This document shows positions 1-9,840 of a DNA stretch of 46,451 nt, one piece after another. The stretch is taken from positions 1-46,451 of IMG/VR virus record IMGVR_UViG_3300030095_000903. One strand, written 5' to 3'. The notes under the pieces are model-generated. The model had not been told where the DNA came from, made no database searches, and saw only the letters and a list, made by a program, of their open reading frames with translations. A program made the translations under genes and the position numbers. The stretch comes from a virus (Duplodnaviria > Caudoviricetes). Within the stretch, counting starts at the first letter, position 1; each line of letters begins with the position of its first letter.

Positions 1-837
1 AAAGGCGATACTGGAAATACAGGACCTACGGGAGCTGTTGGACCAGCAGGACCTAAAGGTGATACAGGTTTAACAGGACCTACCGGAGCTAAAGGACCTA
101 CAGGTTTAACAGGAGCTACAGGACCTACGGGTCCCGGCGGTGCTGATAGTACTGTTGCAGGACCTACCGGTCCAGCAGGTGCAGATAGCACTGTAGCAGG
201 TCCTCCGGGACCTACTGGAGCTACTGGAGCAAAAGGCAGTACAGGTGCAAAAGGTTCAACAGGACCTTCGGGTCCAACTGGACCAGCAGGTGCAGATAGT
301 ACTGTAGCCGGACCTACAGGACCTACGGGTGCTAATAGCACGGTTGCAGGACCACCGGGTCCTCCGGGACCTTCTGGTGGTACAGGACCAGCCGGAGCAG
401 ATGGTGATGATGGTGGAACAGGACCAGCAGGTCCACCGGGACCACCGGGTTCAACAGGTGGAACTGGTCCAGCAGGTTCAGATGGAAGTGATGGAAATCC
501 GGGACCTCCCGGACCGACTGGTAGTACTGGAGCCGCAGGTAGCAATGGTAGTGATGGGGGACCGGGACCTACAGGTGCTAAAGGTGATACTGGAAATACT
601 GGGGGAACTGGACCAGCAGGTCCAGCAGGAGCTAAAGGTAGTACGGGTAGTGCAGGACCAGCCGGACCGTCAGGACCAGCGGGACCAGCAGGACCGACTG
701 GAGCAGACGGACCACCGGGACCTACAGGACCGGCAGGTAGTGGTAGCTTTACTGGTAGTCAATCTTTTCTTATTAATACTAAAGGTGGGACTAAACAAAT
801 TGATGTAACAAATGGATTAATAACGGGGTTTAAATAA
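1..837 (+). CDS. Collagen-like (Gly-X-Y) tail fibre/virion protein, 5'-partial
   Basis: Frame +1 is open from base 1 ([20 protein letters not shown]...) with about 245 aa of Gly-X-Y repeats, then a short non-collagen tail ([30 protein letters not shown]) and TAA at 835-837. Missed by the ORF track because there is no start codon. Confidence 0.9.
   Translation, partial: KGDTGNTGPTGAVGPAGPKGDTGLTGPTGAKGPTGLTGATGPTGPGGADSTVAGPTGPAGADSTVAGPPGPTGATGAKGSTGAKGSTGPSGPTGPAGADSTVAGPTGPTGANSTVAGPPGPPGPSGGTGPAGADGDDGGTGPAGPPGPPGSTGGTGPAGSDGSDGNPGPPGPTGSTGAAGSNGSDGGPGPTGAKGDTGNTGGTGPAGPAGAKGSTGSAGPAGPSGPAGPAGPTGADGPPGPTGPAGSGSFTGSQSFLINTKGGTKQIDVTNGLITGFK
136..360 (+). repeat. Four imperfect copies of a unit encoding GA(D/N)STVAGP(T/P)GP within the collagen gene
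   Basis: ggtgcWRatagYacDgtWgcNggWcc recurs near 139, 178, 289 and 328. Confidence 0.8.
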
Positions 838-1010
838 TGTTAAAAGCAGAATTAGAAAAATATAAAGAAGATGCTGAAAAGTCAGCTAAGCAAGGAATAG
901 ACTTATTATATCCAAAAAGCTTTGGTGATATCAGAGTAGAAGATTATAATAAAGTATTAGGCTTTCTAAGGGTTATTGCCGGTATACCGGAGCCAAAGGA
1001 AAGTGACTAA
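837..1010 (+). CDS. Small hypothetical protein (57 aa, [16 protein letters not shown]...)
   Basis: ATG overlaps the collagen gene stop (TAATG); open to TAA 1008-1010; below the ORF-track size cutoff. Confidence 0.7.
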   Translation: MLKAELEKYKEDAEKSAKQGIDLLYPKSFGDIRVEDYNKVLGFLRVIAGIPEPKESD

Positions 1011-1296
1011 ATCCAACCTTGCGAGGTCGTACAAAGTTGACAGGATTGATGATAACTTTAGCGTCCATCTTAATATCAAGTGGCTTATTCAGTTGCTTGT
1101 ACTTACAGGTACGCTTGTGTATTCATACTTTAGTGTTGAAACACAACTTAGAAATACTACAAGAGAGCTGGAGCTTTTATCCGAAAGAGTCACTAAATTA
1201 GAGGCGAAACACGAAGCGGAAATGGATGAGATACAAAAGTGGTATAAACAATCACTTGAATTAAATCCACTTAAATGGGGTAAGAAAAGGAAATAA
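1003..1296 (+). CDS. Single-TM plus coiled-coil membrane protein (lysis-module candidate)
   Basis: Likely GTG start at 1003 after AAGGA; hydrophobic WLIQLLVLTGTLVYSYF followed by a coiled coil. Confidence 0.6.
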   Translation: MTKSNLARSYKVDRIDDNFSVHLNIKWLIQLLVLTGTLVYSYFSVETQLRNTTRELELLSERVTKLEAKHEAEMDEIQKWYKQSLELNPLKWGKKRK

Positions 1297-1302
1297 TAAT
1301 GT

Positions 1303-1623
1303 ATGGAAGAATTTTTAGCATTATATTCCGAAGCGGGAATGATAGGCGTTGTTGGAGCGATGTTTATGTTTATGGTTTATTCGATGAACAAACGGGGCAA
1401 TGAACAAGCTGAAGCGTTACGGAATTTAGAGGTTGAAAACAAAGGGCAATCTGAAACACTTGAAAATATGGAAGGTATGGTTATTAAACTTATTGCAAGA
1501 TGGAACCAATCAGATGACAAGCTTGATAGAAAATTTGATGGTCTCAATAAAGAAATTAACGACCTTGATAATCAAGTATCGGAAATAAAAGGAAGTTTAA
1601 GCAGAATAAATGGGAAACACTAA
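1303..1623 (+). CDS. Holin-like protein (N-terminal TM plus coiled coil)
   Basis: TM segment AGMIGVVGAMFMFMVY, heptad-rich C-terminus, upstream of the endolysin. Confidence 0.55.
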   Translation: MEEFLALYSEAGMIGVVGAMFMFMVYSMNKRGNEQAEALRNLEVENKGQSETLENMEGMVIKLIARWNQSDDKLDRKFDGLNKEINDLDNQVSEIKGSLSRINGKH

Positions 1624-1772
1624 TGGATAGTTTGAGAGTGACGGGAATGACAACAGGATTAGGATTTGTCTATTGGACAGATGTATTATCTGGAATATTA
1701 ATGTGTGTAATGTTTGGGATACAGATTTATTATTTATATTTAAAAACAAAGAGAATAAAGGAGAGTAAGTAA
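1623..1772 (+). CDS. Small membrane protein, holin-like (49 aa)
   Basis: MDSLRVTGMTTGLGFVYWTDVLSGILMCVMFGIQIYYLYLKTKRIKESK; TAATG coupling on both sides; hydrophobic core with a basic C-terminal tail. Confidence 0.65.
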   Translation: MDSLRVTGMTTGLGFVYWTDVLSGILMCVMFGIQIYYLYLKTKRIKESK

Positions 1773-1996
1773 TGGACTTAAAGGGAATGATGATTAGCTT
1801 AGCTGAAAAACAAGCTGATGCTATGAAAGATAAAATGGTTGCAGAATTAGGAAGCGAAGATATGGCTCATAAAATAGCTTCTGCAATTAACAAGAAAATT
1901 GATATACCTTTTGTATCAGAAGATAAAGAACAAATCTTTTTTGAAAAGTGCGTTGATGTAGTTACTGATATAATTGAAGGTATGTTTAAAAAGTAA
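1772..1996 (+). CDS. Hypothetical protein (INKKIDIPFVSEDKEQ motif)
   Basis: Strong SD (AAGGAG) and translational coupling. Confidence 0.7.
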   Translation: MDLKGMMISLAEKQADAMKDKMVAELGSEDMAHKIASAINKKIDIPFVSEDKEQIFFEKCVDVVTDIIEGMFKK

Positions 1997-2091
1997 TGCC
2001 GATACCTAATCATTGTGCAGAATGTGACAAACCATTAACTAATGATGATGGTTGGATATGTCGTTCTTGTAGTAAAAAGGAAGAAGAGTAG
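1996..2091 (+). CDS. Tiny zinc-ribbon peptide (31 aa, CAEC...CRSC)
   Basis: MPIPNHCAECDKPLTNDDGWICRSCSKKEEE; fills the gap exactly, with stop/start overlaps at both ends. Confidence 0.6.
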   Translation: MPIPNHCAECDKPLTNDDGWICRSCSKKEEE

Positions 2092-2351
2092 TGGCAGAAG
2101 CTTGGACTAGAAAAGAGGGTAAATCTCCTAGTGGTGGACTTAATGCTAAAGGAAGAGCTTCTTATAGTAAGGGAACACTTAAAGCCCCTGTTACTCAAAA
2201 AAACCCTAAAGGAAAAGCAAAGGCAAGGCGTAAGTCTTTTTGTGCTAGAATGTGTGGTATGAAAAAGAGATTAACAAGTGCTAAAACAGCTAGAGACCCT
2301 AACAGTAGAATAAACAAAGCTCTACGTAAATGGAATTGTAAATGCAAATAA
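2091..2351 (+). CDS. Small basic phage protein, DUF6321-like
   Basis: AWTRKEGKSPSGGLNAKGRASY...RRKSFCARM...DPNSRINKALRKWNC matches a conserved phage family I recognise. Confidence 0.7.
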   Translation: MAEAWTRKEGKSPSGGLNAKGRASYSKGTLKAPVTQKNPKGKAKARRKSFCARMCGMKKRLTSAKTARDPNSRINKALRKWNCKCK

Positions 2352-2827
2352 CAGAGTTTGATGATGCCGTAAAGATAGTATTAAAACACGAAGGTGGATA
2401 TGTAAACGACCCTGTTGACCCGGGTGGTGAAACTAAGTATGGGATAAGTAAAAGAGCTTATCCTTTTCTTAATATTAAAGACCTTACAGAAAAAGACGCA
2501 TCTGATATTTATTTTAAAGACTATTGGTTAAAAGCTAAAGTTTCTAAAGTACCTGAAGAATTGCGTATGATTTATTTTGATATGGTTGTTAATATGGGTA
2601 AGTCAAGAGCTGTAAAGATACTACAAGAATCTATTAGTGCTAAAGGCGTAAAAACAGAGGTAGACGGCGGGATTGGACCAAAGACGATAAGTAACGCCCT
2701 TAAGTCAGGTTTAGAGCCAGAAAGGCTACGTAGCTATAGAGTAAAGTATTATGCAGACTTGGTAAATAGAAAACCGAAATTAGGTAAATATTGGTATGGC
2801 TGGTACAGAAGAGCAATATCTGTCTAA
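2342..2827 (+). CDS. Endolysin, glycoside hydrolase family 108 with PG-binding C-terminus
   Basis: HEGGYVNDPVDPGGETKYGIS catalytic motif; FDMVVNMG; VDGGIGPKT; GWYRR. Confidence 0.93.
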   Translation: MQITEFDDAVKIVLKHEGGYVNDPVDPGGETKYGISKRAYPFLNIKDLTEKDASDIYFKDYWLKAKVSKVPEELRMIYFDMVVNMGKSRAVKILQESISAKGVKTEVDGGIGPKTISNALKSGLEPERLRSYRVKYYADLVNRKPKLGKYWYGWYRRAISV

Positions 2828-3107
2828 ACCAGAATCATCTAAAGATATATTTGATAAACTTGAGTTTAGAGGGACGAAACGATTTAAACAAGCACCTGAG
2901 GTATGTAATTGTTGTGGGAGCAATAACATCATAGGAATTGAGTTGATTGGTGCAAAAACAGGACCGCTTTATTGGGAATGCGACACCTGTAAAGAAAGGT
3001 ATTTAAAATATACAAAACGGACAACAATGAAGTATTTAAAAATAGCATCCGAACTATGGATTGACTTAGGAGGTCTTGAAAACATATGCGAAGAGTTACC
3101 AAATTAA
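2796..3107 (+). CDS. Zinc-ribbon hypothetical protein
   Basis: CNCCGS ... WECDTC pairs; start codon uncertain. Confidence 0.65.
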   Translation: MAGTEEQYLSKPESSKDIFDKLEFRGTKRFKQAPEVCNCCGSNNIIGIELIGAKTGPLYWECDTCKERYLKYTKRTTMKYLKIASELWIDLGGLENICEELPN

Positions 3108-3877
3108 ATGATGCTGTCGTTAAGAGAGGTATTGTCACACCAGACAAACACTTTCCTCTTCACGATGGTCCAGCAATTAATGTCGTCTGTGAGGCGATTA
3201 GAAGAGTTAAACCAGATTTTTATGTGGACTTGGGAGACACAGGCGAATGGAGTTCCGTCAGTCATTTCCAGTGGAAAAAGAAGAAACGTCCACCATTGGA
3301 ATATCAATTACCCAGAGTCTACGAAGATATCAAAGCTGTTAACAAAGGAATGGACTTAATTGATGATGCACTTGATTATGCTAAATGCAACGAAAGATAT
3401 TTCTTGGAAGGTAATCACGAGCAATGGTTAAACGCCTTCTCAGAAGAGAATCCGTATCTTCAAGGGCTTACCGTGAAAGAAGCTTTGCTTCTAGACAAAA
3501 GAGGGTACGAATACCATCCAAACGGAAAGTATCTAAAGATAGGGCATTTACATTTTTATCACGGAAATCATTACGCTGGAGTAGCACACGCAAGAAATCA
3601 CCTTATAAGACTAGGATGCAATGTAATGTACGGGCATCATCACGATTTGCAAATGGCTAGTGTTACACACGTTGACGGACCTAAATCAGCTTGGAGTATT
3701 GGATGTTTAAAGGATATGTCAGATGAAGCTAACGGATGGCTTGGAAATAGAAAAACTAATTGGCAACACGCTTTTGCAGTGGTTGATTACTATACAGACG
3801 ACAGATTTACAGTTCACGTTGTTAATATATTGGATGGTGTCACATCACTCTGGGGCAAAACTATAGACGGGAATTAA
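3086..3877 (+). CDS. Calcineurin-like metallophosphoesterase
   Basis: Motifs in order: PDKH, LGD, EGNHE, YHG, GHHH. Confidence 0.88.
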   Translation: MRRVTKLNDAVVKRGIVTPDKHFPLHDGPAINVVCEAIRRVKPDFYVDLGDTGEWSSVSHFQWKKKKRPPLEYQLPRVYEDIKAVNKGMDLIDDALDYAKCNERYFLEGNHEQWLNAFSEENPYLQGLTVKEALLLDKRGYEYHPNGKYLKIGHLHFYHGNHYAGVAHARNHLIRLGCNVMYGHHHDLQMASVTHVDGPKSAWSIGCLKDMSDEANGWLGNRKTNWQHAFAVVDYYTDDRFTVHVVNILDGVTSLWGKTIDGN

Positions 3878-3878
3878 T

Positions 3879-4157
3879 ATGCCTAAAAGAATATTTGAAA
3901 TACCAACTTTTGATAGAGGTATAATGTCTTCACCTGAAGACGAGTTAGATATACCTGCAAATGCGGCTACTTATAGTCTTAATATAGACCCTTTAACAAG
4001 TGGTGAATTAAGAGGAGTACCTAAAAGTAATTATTTAAAGAAGACAGGTTTTACAGCAACAATAGAATTAACTAATTACAACAGACCAACTACGTATTCT
4101 TATCCTTCACCTACTTCTGCTACAACAGCTAGAAACGACCAACATCAATCAGCATAA
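3879..4157 (+). CDS. Putative tail protein, resembling the N-terminal segment of a podoviral nozzle/stabilization protein
   Basis: MPKRIFEIPTFDRGI...DIP..AA..SLNIDP...GELRG pattern; coupled by TAATG to the large tail gene. Confidence 0.5.
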   Translation: MPKRIFEIPTFDRGIMSSPEDELDIPANAATYSLNIDPLTSGELRGVPKSNYLKKTGFTATIELTNYNRPTTYSYPSPTSATTARNDQHQSA

Positions 4158-7100
4158 TGGCATTTAGCAGTCCAACTAACCCTAATAATAAAAGTTACCT
4201 AGCAATAACTGGAAACTTTACAGGTACGGAAAATGAATACTTTGAAGTAAAAGTTAGAGATGTTGCTAATAGTGAAAAATGGTTATGGAGATATAAGTCT
4301 GAAACACCTACTGTAATATCAAATGTTACAAGTGATATATCAAATAATAAATTTACTACTCCGAGTAATCACAATATTGTAACTGGTCAAACAGTAAGTT
4401 TAAGTAATTTTATTTTTACAAGTGCCAGTGACCCGGGTACACAAGGTTTACAAAACAACGCTATTTATTATTTTATAAAGTTAACAGATACTACTTTTCG
4501 TGTAGCTTCTACATTAGCATTAGCTAATGCAGGTACTAACTTATTAATATATGGCTCATCTCAAAGCAATTTAAAAGTTTCTACAGAATGGTCAGCTTGG
4601 TATGATAAAGATGGCGACATTAGTCAATATGGTGACGCTATAGTAGTAAATACTAGTTATACATTAAGAAATGGAATTAGTGTAATGTTTACTAGAACAA
4701 ATGCTAGTAGTTATACTTCTGGAGATAAATGGTGTTTTACTGTTTATGCAGATTACACTTTTGAAAATTTAAATAATAATTTAGAGTATCTACAAAATAT
4801 TGATATAGATGATAGTAGGAATTTATTGGCTATTGATAGCGTAGGGAATGTAAGTGTTGTTGAAAATATTGATGGAGATAATCCTACTATATTAAATGCT
4901 CAAACTAACATAGGACCTGTATCTAATAGCAAATTAGATTTTGAAACTAAAAATAAAGAAATATATGTAGCTAAAGGGAAAGATAGACCTGCTAGATGGC
5001 TTGGTTATAATAAAAATGGGGGGATGGCAGGAGAAACAAATGAGCTACAATTAAAGTCTCAACCAGCTATGGATGTATTAGTTTCTTCTATAGAAACTCC
5101 AGATAGAAATGCTTTTTATAAATCTATAGCGTTAAGAGGCGGTGGTGGAGAAGCTACTAAAGATGCAAGAATTATTGTTGGGCTAAAAGATGATGTAGAT
5201 GATAGTAAGTTTTATATATACAATCAACATCTTGATAGACAGTTTGAAGTTACTGTCGAGTCTAAACCCTACATTGTTAAAAAATATTTAGGAATTTTTG
5301 ATAGTAATAAATATACAGATGGTTTTATGATTGTAAGAGAGTCTACTGATACATCTTTGTATATAGCTGAAGTAGATTTATATGACCTTAATACTTCGGG
5401 AAGTGGTAATTTAGTAGGACAATCACCTAGTAGAATTTGTACTATTCAAATAACAAATCCAGTATCTCACGGGGAAGCTGGAAATGGCGATTCAAATAAC
5501 TCAGGGTTAACTAAAATACACGATATTCTTTTAATCCCTGACAAAGCTCCGGGACATAGTAGTTATAGCACAGCTATATCAGGAGGAACTAACTGGACTC
5601 TTGTTATAAGTGGTGCTAGAGATTGTTATGCTCATTGGAATGCTTCTAAATACCAAGCTTACGAATGGCTTTGGAAAACATCTATGGATGTAGGCTCTGA
5701 TTATTTACAAGGTGATGTAGCAACTGGAAGTTGGGATAACATAACTCCAAATACTGTAGCTACTTCAGGTCAAGTTGGAGACGTTGGTAATGAAAACTGG
5801 CAAAATATGCAACCTTATGATACACTTGATGGTCAACAATATAGTAGACCACCGGGATGGTATTGGGTTTTTGTTAACAATGATAATAGTGTGTTAGACG
5901 CTGTAGACCAAGTAAGTGCTTATGGTACTTGGGGTGCTAGTCAACCAAACAATCCTTTAGATGACACAATGAAAAAGTTTCAATTTATATCTATAAATGC
6001 TGGTTCTTTACCAAGAGGAATGTTTGGTATTGAAAATGTTCCTACATTACATTCTTTAGAGTTTTGTGGGTATGACAATGAAGGTCAAAACCCTATAATA
6101 GGATATACTTGTGAATTTTCATCTCCTATATATGCTAATAGTGGAGCCGGAATATTAGGTGGTAATTTTACAAGACAATATGTAGACCAAGTAATTACAC
6201 AATATGAAGCGGCTTATCATTCAGGTTATTATTACGCAGATTTGTTTGGTCCAGTTTATCTTGATGGAAGAGATGGGGAAGTTTCAGAGTCAGATGCAAA
6301 AGTAGTTGTAAATGATTATTTAAAAAAACAAGAAGCTAGACCTTTAAGATGGGTAACAAGCTTTATACCTATAAGCACTGTTGAAGGACCTCAAGTATTT
6401 AAAATGTTAAGTCACACTGTAGACTATGAAGACAGCAGAGAACTATCAACACAATTAAAAAACAACTTACCTAATGTAGGTGACAATGCTAATATAAGCG
6501 AACTTATACCTTATCAAGATAGCACTATAGGGAGTCTTAACTTAGATGCCTGTCCTAGTAGTAAGCCATTGTTTGGTTTAAACGGAAGGTTTAATATTTT
6601 AACAGAGGGGGTTCTTCGAAGAAGAGCTGTTATGACTTACATAAGACCCGGTAATAGACAGTATGGTTTATATAGATTTGGAGATGAGGCTTCTAGACCT
6701 ATGAATTTACAAACTACAACTGGTTCTCATCCTACTGTAGATATATTTCCAAACGATTGGAACAAGCAAACTACTGATTATCCATATAACGCTTACACCT
6801 CTTGGGAAAAAGGATTAGCTCAAACTAATTATGTAACAGATTACAAACAAGGTTCTACTTATTTTTATGCACATAGTACTAGCACTAATTCTAAAGCTGA
6901 TACAGCACAAAAAACTCAATACCTTCCTATAATTGGCTCTACTGGAGACGATAAAAATGGTTATAGGTTAACAGAAACTAACTGGTGGGCACCTAGCACA
7001 GATTGGAAAGACTCAAGTACTACTGTTTGGCATCCAAATGCTGACGTAGCTGATTATGCTTATGCTGTAAAAAATGATGCTTTTCAAGATATAGCTTTTT

Positions 7101-8617
7101 TTAAGATGGTTTCTAGAACTGGAGGCACTACTAGTAATTTGTTTAGTTCAGGTGGTGGTAATTATTTTAATATAACTACACCAGAGCAGGTACCAAATAC
7201 AGATTGGGCTGGACCTTTAGGAGTTAATACTGCTTTTTACAGAGCATCTTTAGTATTAGATGGATATCAAGAAACTGCATTTATATCTACAACAGCGGCA
7301 GGTCCTGCTGGTGATGATAATGATGCTGATGATACTACAGATGATGCTTCAGGTAAAGATGTTGGTACTCATTTAAAAGTAACTGTGCAAATTAAAGGTG
7401 GATTTGATATACCTTCAAGAGTTACAGGAGTTGCAGTTTATAGAGCTATATCACTTACAGACGCTTCTACTGACCCACAAAGTCAATATAGATTTATACA
7501 AGAAGTTTCTTTAAAGTCTTTTGGTTGGAATGCAACTACAGGATATTTTGAATTTGATGTAATTGATACAGGAGACGCTGAAGCTACATATGAAGCTATT
7601 AATGGCATTAGTGAAAATATGTACAATCTACATATAAATTATAGCTGTAATGCACAGCTTAACGGATATATGTTTGTTGGTAATTGTAGTCATTCAGAAA
7701 TAGAAGATGCTAGTAACTATGTATTTAGGTCTCAACCTGCTAAGTATTCTATATTTGATTGGTCAAAAGATTTTATACAACTACCTTTTGTACCTATAGC
7801 CTTACAAGGATTTCAAGGTAAACTTTTTGCTTTTAGTAATAATCAAATGGCTATGGTAAATCCTGAAACTTTATATACTGAAGATACTGTAGAAGGTATT
7901 GGTTGTATAAATACTCAAACTAAAATGGTTACTGATGCTGGATTTATATGGGCAGATTATAGAAACATTTATATTTCTACACCACAAGTTAGTCCTATAG
8001 GTGGACCAATATTAAACGTAGATGATTATGGGTGGTTAAATTTAACTAATGCAGAAAAAGATGATGTAAGATTTGGTTATGATGCTAAAAGAAAAGCAGT
8101 TTTATTATTCTTTACAAAAACAATAAGTAGTACTGATTATCATTTATGCTGGGCATATTCACTTGGTAAAAGAAGATGGGACCTTTGGCAGACTGACAAA
8201 AAAGTAAAAGACACATTATTAACAAAAGATGGACATACTGTATTGTTACTAGATAATAACAAGATACAAAAATATTTAAGTAGAACTAGTGAAAGAGCCG
8301 ATTGGGAGTGGCACTCAAAGAAACTGGGTATGGGTGAAACTATGGTTGACAAGAAAGTCAGAAACATAAAAGTAGAAGGCTCTGACAGAGCTAATATTAG
8401 TTTACAGTACAAAGTTCCAGAAAACAACTCAGCTTGGCAAAGTGGTCAAGATGTAAGTAGTAGTTTTTCTGGCAGTACTAATACAGCTATTAAATTAGCT
8501 AATGCAGATAATGGGAAACTGCATTGGGTAAAGTTAAAAATAGCTGGTAGTAATACTAATCGTGATGTCAGAGCTAAAGCAACTTCGGTAATTTATAAGC
8601 CTAAGAGACCTAAATAA
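4157..8617 (+). CDS. Large beta-rich tail protein (nozzle/stabilization-protein-like, 1486 aa)
   Basis: S/T/N/G/W/Y-rich. The C-terminal part has beta-propeller-like features (GIGCI, FIWAD, YDAKRKAVLLFF, WAYSLGKRRW, WHSKKLGMG...DKKVRNIKV). Lies before the ejection genes. Confidence 0.7.
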   Translation: MAFSSPTNPNNKSYLAITGNFTGTENEYFEVKVRDVANSEKWLWRYKSETPTVISNVTSDISNNKFTTPSNHNIVTGQTVSLSNFIFTSASDPGTQGLQNNAIYYFIKLTDTTFRVASTLALANAGTNLLIYGSSQSNLKVSTEWSAWYDKDGDISQYGDAIVVNTSYTLRNGISVMFTRTNASSYTSGDKWCFTVYADYTFENLNNNLEYLQNIDIDDSRNLLAIDSVGNVSVVENIDGDNPTILNAQTNIGPVSNSKLDFETKNKEIYVAKGKDRPARWLGYNKNGGMAGETNELQLKSQPAMDVLVSSIETPDRNAFYKSIALRGGGGEATKDARIIVGLKDDVDDSKFYIYNQHLDRQFEVTVESKPYIVKKYLGIFDSNKYTDGFMIVRESTDTSLYIAEVDLYDLNTSGSGNLVGQSPSRICTIQITNPVSHGEAGNGDSNNSGLTKIHDILLIPDKAPGHSSYSTAISGGTNWTLVISGARDCYAHWNASKYQAYEWLWKTSMDVGSDYLQGDVATGSWDNITPNTVATSGQVGDVGNENWQNMQPYDTLDGQQYSRPPGWYWVFVNNDNSVLDAVDQVSAYGTWGASQPNNPLDDTMKKFQFISINAGSLPRGMFGIENVPTLHSLEFCGYDNEGQNPIIGYTCEFSSPIYANSGAGILGGNFTRQYVDQVITQYEAAYHSGYYYADLFGPVYLDGRDGEVSESDAKVVVNDYLKKQEARPLRWVTSFIPISTVEGPQVFKMLSHTVDYEDSRELSTQLKNNLPNVGDNANISELIPYQDSTIGSLNLDACPSSKPLFGLNGRFNILTEGVLRRRAVMTYIRPGNRQYGLYRFGDEASRPMNLQTTTGSHPTVDIFPNDWNKQTTDYPYNAYTSWEKGLAQTNYVTDYKQGSTYFYAHSTSTNSKADTAQKTQYLPIIGSTGDDKNGYRLTETNWWAPSTDWKDSSTTVWHPNADVADYAYAVKNDAFQDIAFFKMVSRTGGTTSNLFSSGGGNYFNITTPEQVPNTDWAGPLGVNTAFYRASLVLDGYQETAFISTTAAGPAGDDNDADDTTDDASGKDVGTHLKVTVQIKGGFDIPSRVTGVAVYRAISLTDASTDPQSQYRFIQEVSLKSFGWNATTGYFEFDVIDTGDAEATYEAINGISENMYNLHINYSCNAQLNGYMFVGNCSHSEIEDASNYVFRSQPAKYSIFDWSKDFIQLPFVPIALQGFQGKLFAFSNNQMAMVNPETLYTEDTVEGIGCINTQTKMVTDAGFIWADYRNIYISTPQVSPIGGPILNVDDYGWLNLTNAEKDDVRFGYDAKRKAVLLFFTKTISSTDYHLCWAYSLGKRRWDLWQTDKKVKDTLLTKDGHTVLLLDNNKIQKYLSRTSERADWEWHSKKLGMGETMVDKKVRNIKVEGSDRANISLQYKVPENNSAWQSGQDVSSSFSGSTNTAIKLANADNGKLHWVKLKIAGSNTNRDVRAKATSVIYKPKRPK

Positions 8618-8898
8618 TGAAAAAAATAAAGAAAGTTATTAAAAAGTCACAAGCTATTGGCAAACCTTCTGGAATATTTAAAGGTGATACAGATAGATTT
8701 TTTGGACAAGAAGTAACAAACAAAATTGATGAGTTAAAAGAACTTATACAAGGTGAAGATAAGACATCTAGTAGTGGTAAAGTTGGTTCTATAAGAGTAA
8801 TTATAGATAAAGATACGCCTTATGTGGAGATAAAAAGCGTTAAGGGTTGGATAAGGTCAAGTAATTCATCTGTAAGTGGTTTTGAATTTAAAAAATAG
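8617..8898 (+). CDS. Hypothetical virion protein
   Basis: Coupled ORF in the structural operon. Confidence 0.65.
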   Translation: MKKIKKVIKKSQAIGKPSGIFKGDTDRFFGQEVTNKIDELKELIQGEDKTSSSGKVGSIRVIIDKDTPYVEIKSVKGWIRSSNSSVSGFEFKK

Positions 8899-8928
8899 TT
8901 ATATTAAACTGAGAGATAAGGTATAGAT

Positions 8929-9840
8929 ATGAGTTGGTTAAGTGATTGGATAGATAAAAAATCCGGAAAACAAGATGCTATAGATATAGACGCACAGCAA
9001 GAGCGTTATAAAACAGCTATGGGAAGTACCAATGCTGGTTATGATAAAATGATGGGTATTGCTGAGCAACAGATGGACATTGGTAGTGAGCAAAATCGAG
9101 CTAGATTAGCAATGATGGAAAGCAGTAGTGCTGATAATGCGGCTGAGTCAGCTAGGTTGGCACAAAGAACTGCGGCAAGTGCAGGTGGTGCTCCAGCGGC
9201 AGCTATGGCTTTTCAACAACAAGATATGGCAAACAAAGCTCAGTCTGGAGTTATGGACCAATATCAAAGAGGTATGTTTCAACAGCAAGAAAATGCACTT
9301 GGTACAATGGGTGGTGTTTTAGCTAACCAAGGTCAAATTGCACAAGCAGGTTTTAATATGGGTGAATCTGCTAGAGAGTATAATAAAAAAGTAGAAGCAA
9401 GAGCTAGGGCACAAAAAGGTGCAATGCTTGGTGGGGCTTTAAAAATTGGTGGTGGATTACTAATGGGTAACCCTGCAATGGCTTTAGGTGGAGCAAGTTC
9501 TTTTTTACAAGAAGGTGGTTATATTAAAAATTATAATCACGGAGGACAAGTTGAAGACCCAGAAAATCCTAAGCCAGTAGGTAATGGAATGTCAGATGAT
9601 GATGCAATGGCTACTAGTATGCTTGGTATGGCTATGGGAGGAATGACAAAAGGCAAGTATAGTCCACTACCCGGAGACACAGTAGATGCTAAACTAGAAC
9701 CCGGTGAATATGTACTAAATAGAAATGCAGTTAATGCTATAGGTAAAGAAAATCTTGATGAAGTTAATAATGAAAAAGCTCCTAGATTTGATAAAGGAAA
9801 AGTTAAGATGAGAATGGGAGGGTACCTCTATGGCGGATAA
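8929..9840 (+). CDS. Putative ejection/pilot (internal virion) protein
   Basis: A/Q/M/G-rich helical sequence, Gly-rich hydrophobic stretch, and GDTVDAKLEPGEYVLNRNAVNAIG motif seen in phage ejection/tape-measure proteins. Confidence 0.6.
   Translation: MSWLSDWIDKKSGKQDAIDIDAQQERYKTAMGSTNAGYDKMMGIAEQQMDIGSEQNRARLAMMESSSADNAAESARLAQRTAASAGGAPAAAMAFQQQDMANKAQSGVMDQYQRGMFQQQENALGTMGGVLANQGQIAQAGFNMGESAREYNKKVEARARAQKGAMLGGALKIGGGLLMGNPAMALGGASSFLQEGGYIKNYNHGGQVEDPENPKPVGNGMSDDDAMATSMLGMAMGGMTKGKYSPLPGDTVDAKLEPGEYVLNRNAVNAIGKENLDEVNNEKAPRFDKGKVKMRMGGYLYGG

Noticed and set aside
329-808. 159-aa ORF-track protein rich in DQQ/DLQ repeats
   Set aside because: It is an off-frame shadow of the collagen Gly-X-Y gene in frame +1.
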